From positions 124,001 to 188,000 of the IMG/VR virus record IMGVR_UViG_3300035698_035366: 64,000 bases of DNA; one strand, written 5' to 3'. Position numbers and translations under genes: made by a program. Below, one piece after another: positions 40,600 through 51,325 of the stretch; position 1 is the stretch's first letter; every line of letters begins with the position of its first letter. A model generated the notes under the pieces. That model was not told the origin of the DNA. It saw only the letters and a list, made by a program, of their open reading frames with translations, and made no database searches.

Positions 40600-41288
40600 T
40601 GGTTTCCACTGAAGAAAAGAATGAAATGAAGAGACTACGTGCTATCTTGGATTCAGGATTTGACGGATCAGTTCATTCGGATCCAGAAATACCATTCACG
40701 GAAACACCAAATACCGATGGTAAGATAGCCCCTCCAGCGTTATCATCGGCTAGAGATCCACAAATGGCTAAATTTTTGGCCATTACTGAAGGCTTTACCG
40801 ATACAGCAGAAAAATCTGCACAGTCATTACAAGAAAGCAATGACCCTGAAATACGGGAAGCACTCAATACTAATCACAGCGATGATAGTATTAGTATCGG
40901 AAATTGGAAGATTAAAATAGTTGAAAGGCCATCATATTCAAAGAAAAATATTAAGACATATGATATTATCAATAATTTGAACAACCAAGTAATAGTTGAG
41001 GGGTTGTATATTTATGAAGCCGCTCGCGGTCTTGTTCGACTACTAAACAAAGGTATTCCTTTAAACCAAACATCTCCACAACATATCATCCAGCTTGAAG
41101 CAAAATATGTCGCATTGCGTGATGATTTATATCGAGCAATGAAAAAACGCATTAAACTACGCGAAGAAGGTCACCTGAGCCAGTCAGGCATTTATAAGGC
41201 CCGAGCCGAAGATTATCAAGAGAAGGCATTTCTTACTAAAAAACAGATCATTGAGGCTTCAAACAACGCTCTGCGCCTACTTAGATAA
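40596..41288 (+). CDS. Hypothetical head-cluster protein
   Basis: 230-aa ORF with LQES site. Confidence 0.55.
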   Translation: MMVSTEEKNEMKRLRAILDSGFDGSVHSDPEIPFTETPNTDGKIAPPALSSARDPQMAKFLAITEGFTDTAEKSAQSLQESNDPEIREALNTNHSDDSISIGNWKIKIVERPSYSKKNIKTYDIINNLNNQVIVEGLYIYEAARGLVRLLNKGIPLNQTSPQHIIQLEAKYVALRDDLYRAMKKRIKLREEGHLSQSGIYKARAEDYQEKAFLTKKQIIEASNNALRLLR

Positions 41289-41353
41289 AAATTGAAATCG
41301 TACAACTAGTCAGGCATAAATAGTATATTAGTATACTAAAAGGGCTTGAACAA

Positions 41354-42643
41354 ATGGTTATTGATCAATTAGAATCTGGCACAGATCTTAATAAAATTTT
41401 AAACCTTCTGCGTAAACGCTTTGGTGTTGACTTGCGATTGCATGAATCAACCAAAGATGAAGTGGAACAAATTCTAGAACATTACGAGAATGTTAAGCGA
41501 ACAATTGCCTTAGCAGAATCTTTCAATACGACAATCAGTCATCCTGAATATGCAAAAGCAATTTTGATATGTGAGGCTTGCCGATTGTTTCTACATGAGA
41601 TTGCTCCTGCACGCAAGAACGCAAAGGTTCGCACTAAGAAGCAACAGAAAGCAGAAAAAACTATAGATGGCTCCGTTACTGAAGACATTTCTCCAGAATT
41701 ACAGATTGGTAAAGATTTTGAAGATGCCGGTACATGTTTTGATGGAGAAGATCATACACGGGATTACCGAGCAGATCGTAATCCAGCAAATCCGAAATCA
41801 TTTTCGTTTGATTATACAAAAGATGATTCAGCTGTTTTTGTCAAGGACGAATCACCTGAAACTTTACCAATTGATACAGAGAAATCATTTGAGGTTGTTT
41901 CGAAAGATGACGAATCGGGTGTTGTTGCTCGATATTCAGTACATAGAAACTTAAACCCAGATGATTATGCGGACGATCGAGATCCACGATCAATAACACC
42001 TGAACCAGAATCATCTAATCCAATGGATGCATTACGTGCAAGGTCCGACGCCGACAATCCAGAAACGAAGACGGGATTGGATCCAAGTCTTGAAACCGGT
42101 ATGACTATAGAAAAACCAAAATTTGTTGGCAGTGGAATACGGAAGAATATGAAAAAGGGATCATCAAATCCTACTCAACGAGAAATACCAGATCCAAATG
42201 ATCTACAAGCCGGAAACAAACAATTTTATAATAACGGTCACGTAAATGAAGCATCATTGGCATTGGCTTGGATTAACAAAATTAATGATAAAAAATATTA
42301 TAATAAAATCTTAGAAGCTGCTGATGCAGTCGCCACAGAACGAGATAAAGATATTATTCATATATTGAATGCTGTTGAAACTTATGGTCATCGTTATGCA
42401 AATTCAAAAAATGATGAGTATACTTTGGCTATGGTTGAAGCACTTAATATGCTAGGTGACGTTTCGGATCTTAATATTATAATGGAGGCACGATCCTCCG
42501 GCGATAAACATCGAAAATTATTCAATAAATTACTAAATAACTGTAGACAATTTAACCTGACTGAGGGACAGAAAAAGCGTTTTGTGTATGCTGCTCATAA
42601 TGCCTTGTTCCAAACAAATTTGGTTAAACATAATATTTTATAA
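41354..42643 (+). CDS. Hypothetical head-cluster protein
   Basis: 429-aa ORF after CATAAATA (41315); LHES, LAES, VTE, VNE and IME sites. Confidence 0.55.
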   Translation: MVIDQLESGTDLNKILNLLRKRFGVDLRLHESTKDEVEQILEHYENVKRTIALAESFNTTISHPEYAKAILICEACRLFLHEIAPARKNAKVRTKKQQKAEKTIDGSVTEDISPELQIGKDFEDAGTCFDGEDHTRDYRADRNPANPKSFSFDYTKDDSAVFVKDESPETLPIDTEKSFEVVSKDDESGVVARYSVHRNLNPDDYADDRDPRSITPEPESSNPMDALRARSDADNPETKTGLDPSLETGMTIEKPKFVGSGIRKNMKKGSSNPTQREIPDPNDLQAGNKQFYNNGHVNEASLALAWINKINDKKYYNKILEAADAVATERDKDIIHILNAVETYGHRYANSKNDEYTLAMVEALNMLGDVSDLNIIMEARSSGDKHRKLFNKLLNNCRQFNLTEGQKKRFVYAAHNALFQTNLVKHNIL

Positions 42644-42661
42644 GGGCACAAGGAGTCAATT

Positions 42662-44329
42662 ATGAACAAGAAATCACTTGCCGCAGCGAAACTGAAGGAA
42701 ATGACGCGTCTCGCTCAAAAGCGACAATCTCTTCTAGAAGAAAAAAGATTGCGTGATAATCCTGCATTGGGAATGTCATTACTGCTTGAAGGCGATTTAG
42801 AACAAGCCGAGATTGCTCTTGCAATCCAGTCAATGGAAGCCGATATCCAGAGCATGGCAGAAAAGGTTGCAAAAATGTCAGTTGAGGAGGTTATGCCACT
42901 GACTGACCGCATCCGTGAACAGTTCGGTACAGATAAAGCTGATGCATTTGATGCCGCCGCCAATGAAACACTAACCACTTTATTAGATGCAGTTAAGGAC
43001 ACACGTGAAGCACTTTCCCAGCAGAGTCTAATCATTCAGGGAAAAGCCGAAGCCAGTGAATTTTCCGATATGGGAAAGGATGATGGTGGTGAAATGGATT
43101 TAGATGGTGCTGATATGGATTTGGGAGATGGGGAAGAGGATTCAAGCGGAGACAGCGAAATTGATGATTTATTTAATGGGTCTGAAGCTGCATCAGGACC
43201 TGAGGAAGAGCCATTAGGTCGTGCCAAGAAAGAATCGGCACGCAACTCAAAGAAAGTTCTTGAGTCTAAAAAAAAAATCTACGAAGATGAGAAGCTAACC
43301 TCTGCATTAGAAGAAATCAGTCAAGCTGAAACCGTGTTCGAGCAAGAACTTATTGCTGATCGTCACGGTTTCCTTCTTGAAGAACTTACCGAATTTTTAG
43401 AATCAAACGATGCTGCGGAAGCCGAAGAACTCTTGCGTAAAATTAGGACGCCTGGTTCAGCTATTCGTGAAGCCCTTGGAATTGAAGAGGGTGTTCTTGG
43501 TGATCTAGCATTAACAGCCGCAAAATGGATCCCTAGCCCAATAGCACCAATTGCTAGGGCTGCTGATGCACTCGGTGCCTTTGACGATAATGACGAAAAC
43601 GCTGATGATCCAAAGACCGGCGAAGATGCCGCTCAAGCAGCCAAAGATGAAAAAATTAAAAAAATGCCAATGGTTAAGCAAGCCATACAAAAGGTATCAA
43701 ATAAGGTTGCTAAGAATCCAGCCGTTAAAAAAGTAGCTGATGCACTTGGTGTCGATCCAGAATCCGCTGCTGAATTGGCAACAGGATTAACTGACTCAAT
43801 TGAGTATTCATCACCAATCCTTGAACACGCTATTGTTGAAATGGTAGATGATTCCGAGATGCGTGAATCAGAAGCAATTGATCTCCTAAAAAATAAAATG
43901 TCGGCGGCCCGTGCAGGAAAATCAATTGCAGAAACTGAAGCATTTGATGGAGGAATGACATTATCTACTCCTCGCAGTTTAATGAAGCAACTCACCAAAA
44001 AGTATGGATCACCAGATGGGTGGCAGATTGCTGAAAACGATGAGGGTGGTTATTACGTTATTTCTGAGCGTATTCCAGAAACACTCCGTGCAAAAGAAAT
44101 TGAAAAGACACTTGAGTCACTTGATGCCGAGTCTGCAAACCTTCGAGAAGAATACGGTGATTTGGAAGAAGATTTTCAGCTACCACAAGAAATCCGCGCA
44201 ACCAAATTGAGAGATCAACTTAAAGAACTTGCACAAGGTTATCACCACCCAGTTGCGCGTTGGTGTACAATGGACGAGGCCCGTTCAATTGTTGCACTAG
44301 GTCGCCGCTGGTTTGGAAAAGAAGCCTAA
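42662..44329 (+). CDS. Putative prohead scaffold/core protein
   Basis: Acidic coiled coil with repeated VLES/FLES/LLE/IAE sites; RBS AAGGAG. Confidence 0.55.
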   Translation: MNKKSLAAAKLKEMTRLAQKRQSLLEEKRLRDNPALGMSLLLEGDLEQAEIALAIQSMEADIQSMAEKVAKMSVEEVMPLTDRIREQFGTDKADAFDAAANETLTTLLDAVKDTREALSQQSLIIQGKAEASEFSDMGKDDGGEMDLDGADMDLGDGEEDSSGDSEIDDLFNGSEAASGPEEEPLGRAKKESARNSKKVLESKKKIYEDEKLTSALEEISQAETVFEQELIADRHGFLLEELTEFLESNDAAEAEELLRKIRTPGSAIREALGIEEGVLGDLALTAAKWIPSPIAPIARAADALGAFDDNDENADDPKTGEDAAQAAKDEKIKKMPMVKQAIQKVSNKVAKNPAVKKVADALGVDPESAAELATGLTDSIEYSSPILEHAIVEMVDDSEMRESEAIDLLKNKMSAARAGKSIAETEAFDGGMTLSTPRSLMKQLTKKYGSPDGWQIAENDEGGYYVISERIPETLRAKEIEKTLESLDAESANLREEYGDLEEDFQLPQEIRATKLRDQLKELAQGYHHPVARWCTMDEARSIVALGRRWFGKEA

Positions 44330-44352
44330 ATAATTTTGTCTCAAGGAGATAT

Positions 44353-44784
44353 ATGATGCGCTTAAAAGAGTTATTTGAAAATTTGGATACCATTATATAT
44401 TATTCGCCGGAGGTTGATGATCTTACGGAAGAGTCTGAAACTTTGGAAGACATAGAGCGATCAATAATTGATTCGTTAGTTTATGCACGAGCACAAAATC
44501 TTGAACATATTTATCTACACCATATTGAAGATAGAGTTAGAAAACAAGGTATGGAAATACCAAAAGATTTCCTAATGGATTTTTTAATGTCTCGACCTGA
44601 TATTGAAAAGATTGCTCCTATCGATGCAAAACATCACGGTGACGAAGTTTTCGAAATTGTATTTACTGACCAGGATGCTGATGTGCATCAAAGAGTTGAT
44701 CAAGATAAAGAAGCAATGGATCAAGAGATGATCGATAGAAAAGCCAAAGCCCAAGCAAAGAAAAATGTTAAGGATAAAGAATAA
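44353..44784 (+). CDS. Hypothetical head-cluster protein
   Basis: MMRLKELFE leader; RBS AAGGAG. Confidence 0.6.
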   Translation: MMRLKELFENLDTIIYYSPEVDDLTEESETLEDIERSIIDSLVYARAQNLEHIYLHHIEDRVRKQGMEIPKDFLMDFLMSRPDIEKIAPIDAKHHGDEVFEIVFTDQDADVHQRVDQDKEAMDQEMIDRKAKAQAKKNVKDKE

Positions 44785-45116
44785 TGAGTGAAGTATTTCC
44801 AACAGCATCTGAATTGCGTACACGCAAGACAAAGAGCCGAACAATACAGGAAGAAATTTCTGCTATTCAACTCGGTATTTTAACCGCCGACGAAGCGGGT
44901 GCAATCGAAACAACATTAGCTAATACTCCGTTTACAATACCAGGTGATGCTGATGCGGAATTTAGGTATGAAGTATTTAAAAAAACTGAAACAGATCGAT
45001 TGGTTTCATTGGAACTGTCTGAGGTTGAAAATTATTTTTCGACCAGAGGGTATAGCATAGTAAAATTAACAAATGGTGATACCGGTAACACCTTTTTATG
45101 GAGTATAAAATGGTAA
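44784..45116 (+). CDS. Hypothetical protein
   Basis: 110-aa coupled ORF. Confidence 0.6.
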   Translation: MSEVFPTASELRTRKTKSRTIQEEISAIQLGILTADEAGAIETTLANTPFTIPGDADAEFRYEVFKKTETDRLVSLELSEVENYFSTRGYSIVKLTNGDTGNTFLWSIKW

Positions 45117-46363
45117 ATAATTTTAAGAAGCTTGTTAGGGAAAGCTTGGATATCGTCGAATCAGGCAATAAACCATTGATGGAATTTAGTGCAATAAGGA
45201 CCATTGATTGGGTTAAAAAGAACGTTGATAATTTTGACTCAGTTGATGAGATCATTGATGCTTTAAAAAACAAAGTAACAAATCCAAAGCTACTTAAAGA
45301 TCCAAAAGCAATGGACTATTTTGTAAAGAATATTTTTGAACCAGTAGCAACAAAAGCTATGAAAAATAAGGATCAATCCAAGGAAGTTAACGAGTCAGAC
45401 AACCCAGATGATTGGATCGATATTTTTGAAAATCTAAAGAAGGGTGATCGCCTACAATTAGCATGGAAAGGAGTTATGTCTGGTGGACCGGATACCCCAA
45501 TTACAATGGTTGCTGTTCGTAAAAGCTATTCTAAAAAATATAATGTTACAAGATGGGTTGTAGTTAAAGAAGGTGCAACACCAACACCAAAAAAATCAAA
45601 TAAAATGAATACATACTGCCTATACCAAAGAGGTGAGGGGAAACCTATCACTATGGCACATGGTGATATGGGAATTATGTTGAAATATATGAGTAAGGAT
45701 CTTGGTGAATCCATGGATCTTTCAGAAGATGCAATGGATGATGCAATGCATGATCTAGACAATGAAGGCATTGATGCATTGAATGATATCGCCGCTGATT
45801 ATAATCTTGATCCAGTAGTTGTTGCAAGCCAGTATCGTCAATGGCAAGAGCGTGGAGAGGCTTCTAGAGTTGCTTCTAAAGTACACCAGTCTGAATTGGA
45901 TAGAGCTGAGGCAGAAATGCGTGCTGTCACTAAAGCAAACCGATCAGCCGCCGCCAAGAAAGCCGCAGCTAATCGCGCACCATATTATGTACAGTCTGAA
46001 CGATATTATGACGAAAGGGTTCCAGTAACACATGATGATATACAAGAACTCGGACATTATATGATGGGAGCCGCCGGCGAATCATTTCCGGACGGTGACC
46101 CAAACAATCAATTAATGCGTTTCTTCCGGCAGAAAGGTTGGGATTCAAGTAATGCATTTGAAAAACTTGTTCCAGTCGCCGCTAGAAAGGTATTACAGAC
46201 AAACTCCTATAATGAGTATCTAGCTGATATGTGGGATGATTTCTATGGTGACGCTAAATATGATGCCGAACATCCAATAAAGAATCCTGATGGAAGTGAA
46301 TATTATGATACTTCTAGACTAGATATGCTTGGCGGAGCCAATGCACATAATCCTTGGAGATAA
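45110..46363 (+). CDS. Multi-module putative internal head protein
   Basis: VRES, IVES, LME, VNES, LGES and LSE sites separating distinct modules. Confidence 0.55.
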   Translation: MVNNFKKLVRESLDIVESGNKPLMEFSAIRTIDWVKKNVDNFDSVDEIIDALKNKVTNPKLLKDPKAMDYFVKNIFEPVATKAMKNKDQSKEVNESDNPDDWIDIFENLKKGDRLQLAWKGVMSGGPDTPITMVAVRKSYSKKYNVTRWVVVKEGATPTPKKSNKMNTYCLYQRGEGKPITMAHGDMGIMLKYMSKDLGESMDLSEDAMDDAMHDLDNEGIDALNDIAADYNLDPVVVASQYRQWQERGEASRVASKVHQSELDRAEAEMRAVTKANRSAAAKKAAANRAPYYVQSERYYDERVPVTHDDIQELGHYMMGAAGESFPDGDPNNQLMRFFRQKGWDSSNAFEKLVPVAARKVLQTNSYNEYLADMWDDFYGDAKYDAEHPIKNPDGSEYYDTSRLDMLGGANAHNPWR

Positions 46364-46409
46364 TAAATGCCTAGGATTAATAAAACTTATATAGGATGAA
46401 TAATTTATT

Positions 46410-46856
46410 ATGAGAGCACGAGAATTTTTGTTTGAATTATTTTTTAATGGGTTTGAGAACAGAAATAGGAAATATGTTGAACTGTTTATTAATCCAACTA
46501 GTAAAGAATTGCAGCAATTAGAAAGTCATGATACAATAAGAGCATTTTTAACAGAAGATGATTGTATAGCATGGGATTCAAATTTGGCATTGCACTATGA
46601 AGTTTCGGAAAATATAAATTTAGATAAAAACACAGTATCAATTTTACTGTATTATACCCCATCTGAACCAAACATATTAATATTAGTCACTGATTTTACG
46701 AAAAAAAGCCAATGGTTCCATAATCCTAATTTAGCAGATTGGATTAAAGATCATCCTTATATACAATCACTCGCCGATGAAGGTTATATCGATATATCTT
46801 ATTTCGATGAAGATATATATGGTGATTGGGAAAACCTAGAAGATGAGAGCTCATAA
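46410..46856 (+). CDS. Hypothetical protein with MRAREFLFE leader
   Basis: 148-aa ORF. Confidence 0.6.
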   Translation: MRAREFLFELFFNGFENRNRKYVELFINPTSKELQQLESHDTIRAFLTEDDCIAWDSNLALHYEVSENINLDKNTVSILLYYTPSEPNILILVTDFTKKSQWFHNPNLADWIKDHPYIQSLADEGYIDISYFDEDIYGDWENLEDESS

Positions 46857-46865
46857 GTAATAATA

Positions 46866-46895
46866 TTGACAATAAAGTATTCGTAGTGTTAATAT
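46866..46895 (+). promoter_or_regulatory. Sigma70-type promoter
   Basis: TTGACA-18 nt-TAATAT with extended TG. Confidence 0.55.
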
Positions 46896-46924
46896 AAGTA
46901 ATAATTAACTAAAAAGAAGAAAAG

Positions 46925-47611
46925 ATGATCCCAATAGTTGAAAAATTCGAATATCCAACGCTAAAACAGATCAATAATTATCAGGGAACAAAAACTCGCC
47001 GTTACGAAACCCCCGATAATGAAAAGCTTCCAAGCGTAACAACAATCCTTAGTGCTACTGGTGATAAAAGCGGTCTTAAAGCTTGGCGAGATTGGGTAGG
47101 CGACAAAGAAGCCGACCGTCAGATGAAAGAAGCTGCTGGTATTGGTTCGTTGATGCACACACATCTAGAAAATTACATTGATGGTGTTGAGCGCCCAAGG
47201 GGAAATAACTTGGCTCGGGTTATGGCCAGAAAGATGGCGGACGAAATTATTAACCGGGGATTGTTTGAGGTTAGTGAAATATGGGGATTAGAGAAGAAAC
47301 TATATTTCCCGGGCCTCTATGCCGGAACCGCCGATGTTATTGGTCTCTGGCGTGGCCTTCCTGCAATTATGGATTATAAGTCATCAAAGAAGATTAAAAA
47401 AGAAGAACATATGCAGGATTATTATTGTCAATTATGCGCTTACTCGATGGCCCATGATGAATTGTTTGGGACAAAAATAAAACACGGTGTTATTTTTATG
47501 GCTGATAGAGAATATAATTACCAGTCGTTTATCATCGATGGTATTAAATTTCAAGAGAAACAGGATATGTGGCTTGGTCGCTTAGATGAATATTACAATA
47601 AACAAATTTAA
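46925..47611 (+). CDS. PD-(D/E)xK exonuclease (RecB/Cas4/MGME1-like)
   Basis: LPSVTTIL, G-S-L-M-H, YAGTADV, IMDYKSS, QLCAY. Confidence 0.85.
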   Translation: MIPIVEKFEYPTLKQINNYQGTKTRRYETPDNEKLPSVTTILSATGDKSGLKAWRDWVGDKEADRQMKEAAGIGSLMHTHLENYIDGVERPRGNNLARVMARKMADEIINRGLFEVSEIWGLEKKLYFPGLYAGTADVIGLWRGLPAIMDYKSSKKIKKEEHMQDYYCQLCAYSMAHDELFGTKIKHGVIFMADREYNYQSFIIDGIKFQEKQDMWLGRLDEYYNKQI

Positions 47612-47922
47612 CCAAAAGAAGATTTAAATAAAACTGCATCTTCTTGATATTCAAACAACACTAGATAAAAATTATTTTTGGAATCTGGTAAAGTTTGGAT
47701 TGTTGGTTTCAATACAAGATCACCGAACGGTGTTTGGCCATTGTTCTTCGCAGCACAACCTATTATTGCATCACTTGAGCATTTAGTTGTAAAGAACATT
47801 CCAGTGCAATTATCTGAGCACCATTCTTTTATCTCTGTTACTTTGCTAAAAGAGAGACTTTCAGACATAACCATAATGACATGGTTGAATTTTAATTCAT
47901 CGTTTCCTGAAAGAGCTTTCAT
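47608..47922 (-). CDS. Small protein, FxxxxDAxLFKL family
   Basis: IKEWCSDNCTGMFF…VLFEYQEDAVLFKSSFG. Confidence 0.65.
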   Translation of the reverse strand: MKALSGNDELKFNHVIMVMSESLSFSKVTEIKEWCSDNCTGMFFTTKCSSDAIIGCAAKNNGQTPFGDLVLKPTIQTLPDSKNNFYLVLFEYQEDAVLFKSSFG

Positions 47923-47925
47923 TAT

Positions 47926-48369
47926 TTAATCCCCCAAAATATGATCATTAAAAAAATCTGGTAATTGTAATTTGAAATTAATGGCATCTTTGATATCCGA
48001 AAAGGTTAAATCTAATTCATATTCAAATCTTTTAGTTTCGTATAATGACATATGCGTGTCAAAGCCATCATAGATTCGTAATTTATAGTAAATGAAAAAT
48101 GGATATGACGGCAGTGAATTATTAAGCAAGTGTAGAAAAGATTCATTTTTAATAACTATATCTCTATGCCCTCCCAATTCTTCATTGTGCATAAACGTAA
48201 CGTTTATTGATTTGGTAAACCTAAATTTAAGAGTATATGAATGACATACTATTGCCTTAATCCATTTGAATACATACCAAAACGATGGCTTTTTGCTAAT
48301 AAAAAATTCTTTATTTATTAAAAACTCATCAGTAGAACCAGTATATTTCCATATATTAATCAACATCAA
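47926..48369 (-). CDS. Small protein, FxxxxDAxLFKL family
   Basis: LTFSDIKDAINFKLQL; internal SYPFFIYY. Confidence 0.6.
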   Translation of the reverse strand: MMLINIWKYTGSTDEFLINKEFFISKKPSFWYVFKWIKAIVCHSYTLKFRFTKSINVTFMHNEELGGHRDIVIKNESFLHLLNNSLPSYPFFIYYKLRIYDGFDTHMSLYETKRFEYELDLTFSDIKDAINFKLQLPDFFNDHILGD

Positions 48370-48775
48370 TTTTAAACTCTGCTAACGAAGACATTGATAA
48401 GAGCGATAAAATGGCGTCAGATTTGACCATTGTGATTCGTAAATTTATATGATGCATCTCCCATGAAGTAGAACCGGGATTATCGAGATCATATGCAATA
48501 ATACTATTATATGATATAAAAAATGGATATTCTGTATCCAAGTTTTCTAACTCGTCGAATATTTTTACATTTCCCACTGTTGGTTTATCAATGCCATCGT
48601 TGAATATACTAACACCATTTCTTCCGTGAACAAATTTATAGTCTGCTATATGTTTTTTACGAAACAGTGAGAACCATGATTTTGGCAACTTTGATAATTC
48701 TGGTCGGATGATAATACTTACCGATTGTTCGGCCCATCCACGACCATGATTGTGCCTGTTGTTAAACATTAACAT
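48356..48775 (-). CDS. Small protein, paralogue of 47926..48369
   Basis: EYPFFISY…ITMVKSDAILSLL. The start is uncertain. Confidence 0.55.
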   Translation of the reverse strand: MLMFNNRHNHGRGWAEQSVSIIIRPELSKLPKSWFSLFRKKHIADYKFVHGRNGVSIFNDGIDKPTVGNVKIFDELENLDTEYPFFISYNSIIAYDLDNPGSTSWEMHHINLRITMVKSDAILSLLSMSSLAEFKIDVD

Positions 48776-48868
48776 AAAATTAATATAACAGTATATAATA
48801 TCCAATGTCAATATCTAAGTTGGCTTGCTAAATACTATAAGAAACATAGTTTGAAGAGGATTTTAACA

Positions 48869-51295
48869 ATGCCCATTACTCAAGTATCTAGAATAATGCA
48901 CCGTCGGGGGCTATCTACTGAGTTACCACTAGCTCTAAATGAAGGTGAGATTGGTCTAACAACTGATACAGGCCAAGTTTTTATTGGTTCTCCCAATTTT
49001 GCGCCTATTGTCAACCGAGTGGATTTTCCATTTCAAAATATCGAACTCCTTACTGAATTTTCCATAGCTAATCTTTTAGAGACTTCAGCGACTTATACTT
49101 ATCGTTACCAGGATCCAACCAGTATACAATTCCCTGGTCCTGGTTCGTTTAGAACAACACCTGCGTTTACTGCTGAAGGAGAGCGTCTTCTCCAGGAACG
49201 TTTGGATGAATCAGTAAGTGTTAAAGCTTATGGAGCAATCGGTGATGGTATTAAAGATGATACACTGGCAATTATACGGGCCTGTCAGGATATTTTCTCA
49301 AATGAAGCATTATTAGAAGGACCAGCTAGAACATTGTTTTTCCCTGCTGGAGAATATATAATTACATCTACGATACCACTTTATCCATTCACAAAATGGC
49401 TTGGAGAGGGTATTGGAAAAACAAAAATTACTCTAACATCGGTGATTTCAATTGATAGTCTTGGTACATTGACTGTTGGAGTCGACGCTCTTCCTAGCAG
49501 CCCAACCGCCGGTGATCGTTACATCGTATCTGGCACAGGTAATTTAATCGATGGTAGTTTTTCAATTGCAGTCAGTGATGGAGATCAAATTATCGCAACT
49601 GGGATTGATGTTAGCGTCGGCGATCCTTGGAAATTATCCAATGAAATATTAAAAGCCGTTGCTGAAACCGTCGATGGTCAAGGCAATACGGGACTAAACA
49701 TAACTGATCTACATACAATACCGCAAGACATTGAGGTTATTGGTATTGACTTCCAGCTTTCCGACAGTGTTTCAATTGATGCTATTGGTATCGAAGGAGC
49801 AACTGATATTATCCAGCTCAATCGTTCAAATAATGTTAGGTTTGCTTATTGTAGATTTGCGGGTAATTTCGAATGTGCTGACCTAGAAAACAAGATTGAA
49901 TTCGGTGGATATTTCGATGAACCAGGTGCTATTGATTCTAATTTCATGTTACATGGAAAATTTGACATTGATCGTGATGGTATGTGTGTTCGTATTGATT
50001 CATTGAGCAATTTAACACCAGAGATTTTTTCACGTTCTAATTATCAATTTATAGGATGTGAATTCTCTAATCAACCATATGCATTTTATATCACAGATTC
50101 AGTGATTAATGTGAATGTTACTGATGCTAAATTTTATGAAAATTACCGCTCAATCGTTCTTGGAGAAGGCTGTATACCAGGTTTCGCCATAGCAACCGGA
50201 GATTTGACTATTCCATCACCGTTTGTCCCCTTAACAAAGTTTGGACCTAAAAATTTCCGAGTAACCAACTCATTGTTTGAAAATATCGCTGGACCAGGTT
50301 TTAGTGTTTATTCAACCAACTCGGATAACATTTCAGCATATAATGCCTATCGTCATTATGGGCGTGGATGTATCACAACTGAAGATCTAATTCTTGAACC
50401 ATTCATTGCGCCGGGCGTATTCTTTTATGGTGACCCAGAGAATGATTTAGTTACAACTGGTAATGCTTCAGTTAATGATGATTTTGATTATGAACCAGAC
50501 CAGGATAGAGTCGCTGCTCTTAGTGTATTTGCTGATCAAGATAATCGCAGAGTGTTTACATTGTCAAACACCAACACTATTACTGGTTCATCTTTAATTG
50601 ATCATCATCCCAAGGGAACGCAATCAGGTGCAATTACACGAGGCGAAATGGAGCCAACGGTTATTGAACTTGAGAATAATATTTTAGCAGAGCCACAACA
50701 AATTAATAAACCAACTGGTATCATTCTTGAATTAGACGGTGAACAAAAAGCTGACACTATTATTATTGATTATTCATTACGACGAGGGTTTTCATCCCGA
50801 AAGGGCCAACTTCATATTTGTGCTGACTCTTCGGGTTCAGACATTGAATGGGATGAGCATGTTGTTGAGGTGGGTAACGTAGCCATAGATGTTGACTTTG
50901 ATGTTACATTGGCTGTATTATCAAGCCCTGAACTCGCTGATCCATTATTTGTTCGTGTAAAATATACCGATAATGCTGATCCAGTTGATTATGGCAACCC
51001 AGGTTTTCACGAATCAACCGACAAGATATATCTTAAATGGGCCGCTACTTATTGGGATAGTTCAATAACATCATATGGGACGACCACCCCTGCAGAGCTT
51101 GAGCCAAACGGTCTTATTGATATTGCTGATCAAGCGGGCGTTCTTGATTATGGTTTCGTTACTGACCTTCTACCGGATCAGGAAGACTTTGAATCAGTTG
51201 ACGGATCTCCAGAATCATTAACCGCACCGAATGCTAATATGACATTACCAATGGAAGCCCCAGATAGTCCTCCAACTGTCTACGGCACTTTATAA
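48869..51295 (+). CDS. Tailspike/tail fibre-like protein with pectate-lyase-type beta-helix
   Basis: N-terminal HRRG…LNEGEIGLTTDTG; LQERLDESVSVKAYGAIGDGIKDDTLAI; LFFPAGEY. After GCTAAATA (48827). Confidence 0.75.
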   Translation: MPITQVSRIMHRRGLSTELPLALNEGEIGLTTDTGQVFIGSPNFAPIVNRVDFPFQNIELLTEFSIANLLETSATYTYRYQDPTSIQFPGPGSFRTTPAFTAEGERLLQERLDESVSVKAYGAIGDGIKDDTLAIIRACQDIFSNEALLEGPARTLFFPAGEYIITSTIPLYPFTKWLGEGIGKTKITLTSVISIDSLGTLTVGVDALPSSPTAGDRYIVSGTGNLIDGSFSIAVSDGDQIIATGIDVSVGDPWKLSNEILKAVAETVDGQGNTGLNITDLHTIPQDIEVIGIDFQLSDSVSIDAIGIEGATDIIQLNRSNNVRFAYCRFAGNFECADLENKIEFGGYFDEPGAIDSNFMLHGKFDIDRDGMCVRIDSLSNLTPEIFSRSNYQFIGCEFSNQPYAFYITDSVINVNVTDAKFYENYRSIVLGEGCIPGFAIATGDLTIPSPFVPLTKFGPKNFRVTNSLFENIAGPGFSVYSTNSDNISAYNAYRHYGRGCITTEDLILEPFIAPGVFFYGDPENDLVTTGNASVNDDFDYEPDQDRVAALSVFADQDNRRVFTLSNTNTITGSSLIDHHPKGTQSGAITRGEMEPTVIELENNILAEPQQINKPTGIILELDGEQKADTIIIDYSLRRGFSSRKGQLHICADSSGSDIEWDEHVVEVGNVAIDVDFDVTLAVLSSPELADPLFVRVKYTDNADPVDYGNPGFHESTDKIYLKWAATYWDSSITSYGTTTPAELEPNGLIDIADQAGVLDYGFVTDLLPDQEDFESVDGSPESLTAPNANMTLPMEAPDSPPTVYGTL

Positions 51296-51325
51296 AACCA
51301 CATATAGTCTAACGGGAGAAATCCA

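Noticed and set aside
46925-47611. cas4 of a CRISPR-Cas system
   Set aside because: No other cas genes or array, and no Fe-S cysteine set; standalone PD-(D/E)xK exonucleases are routine in phages.
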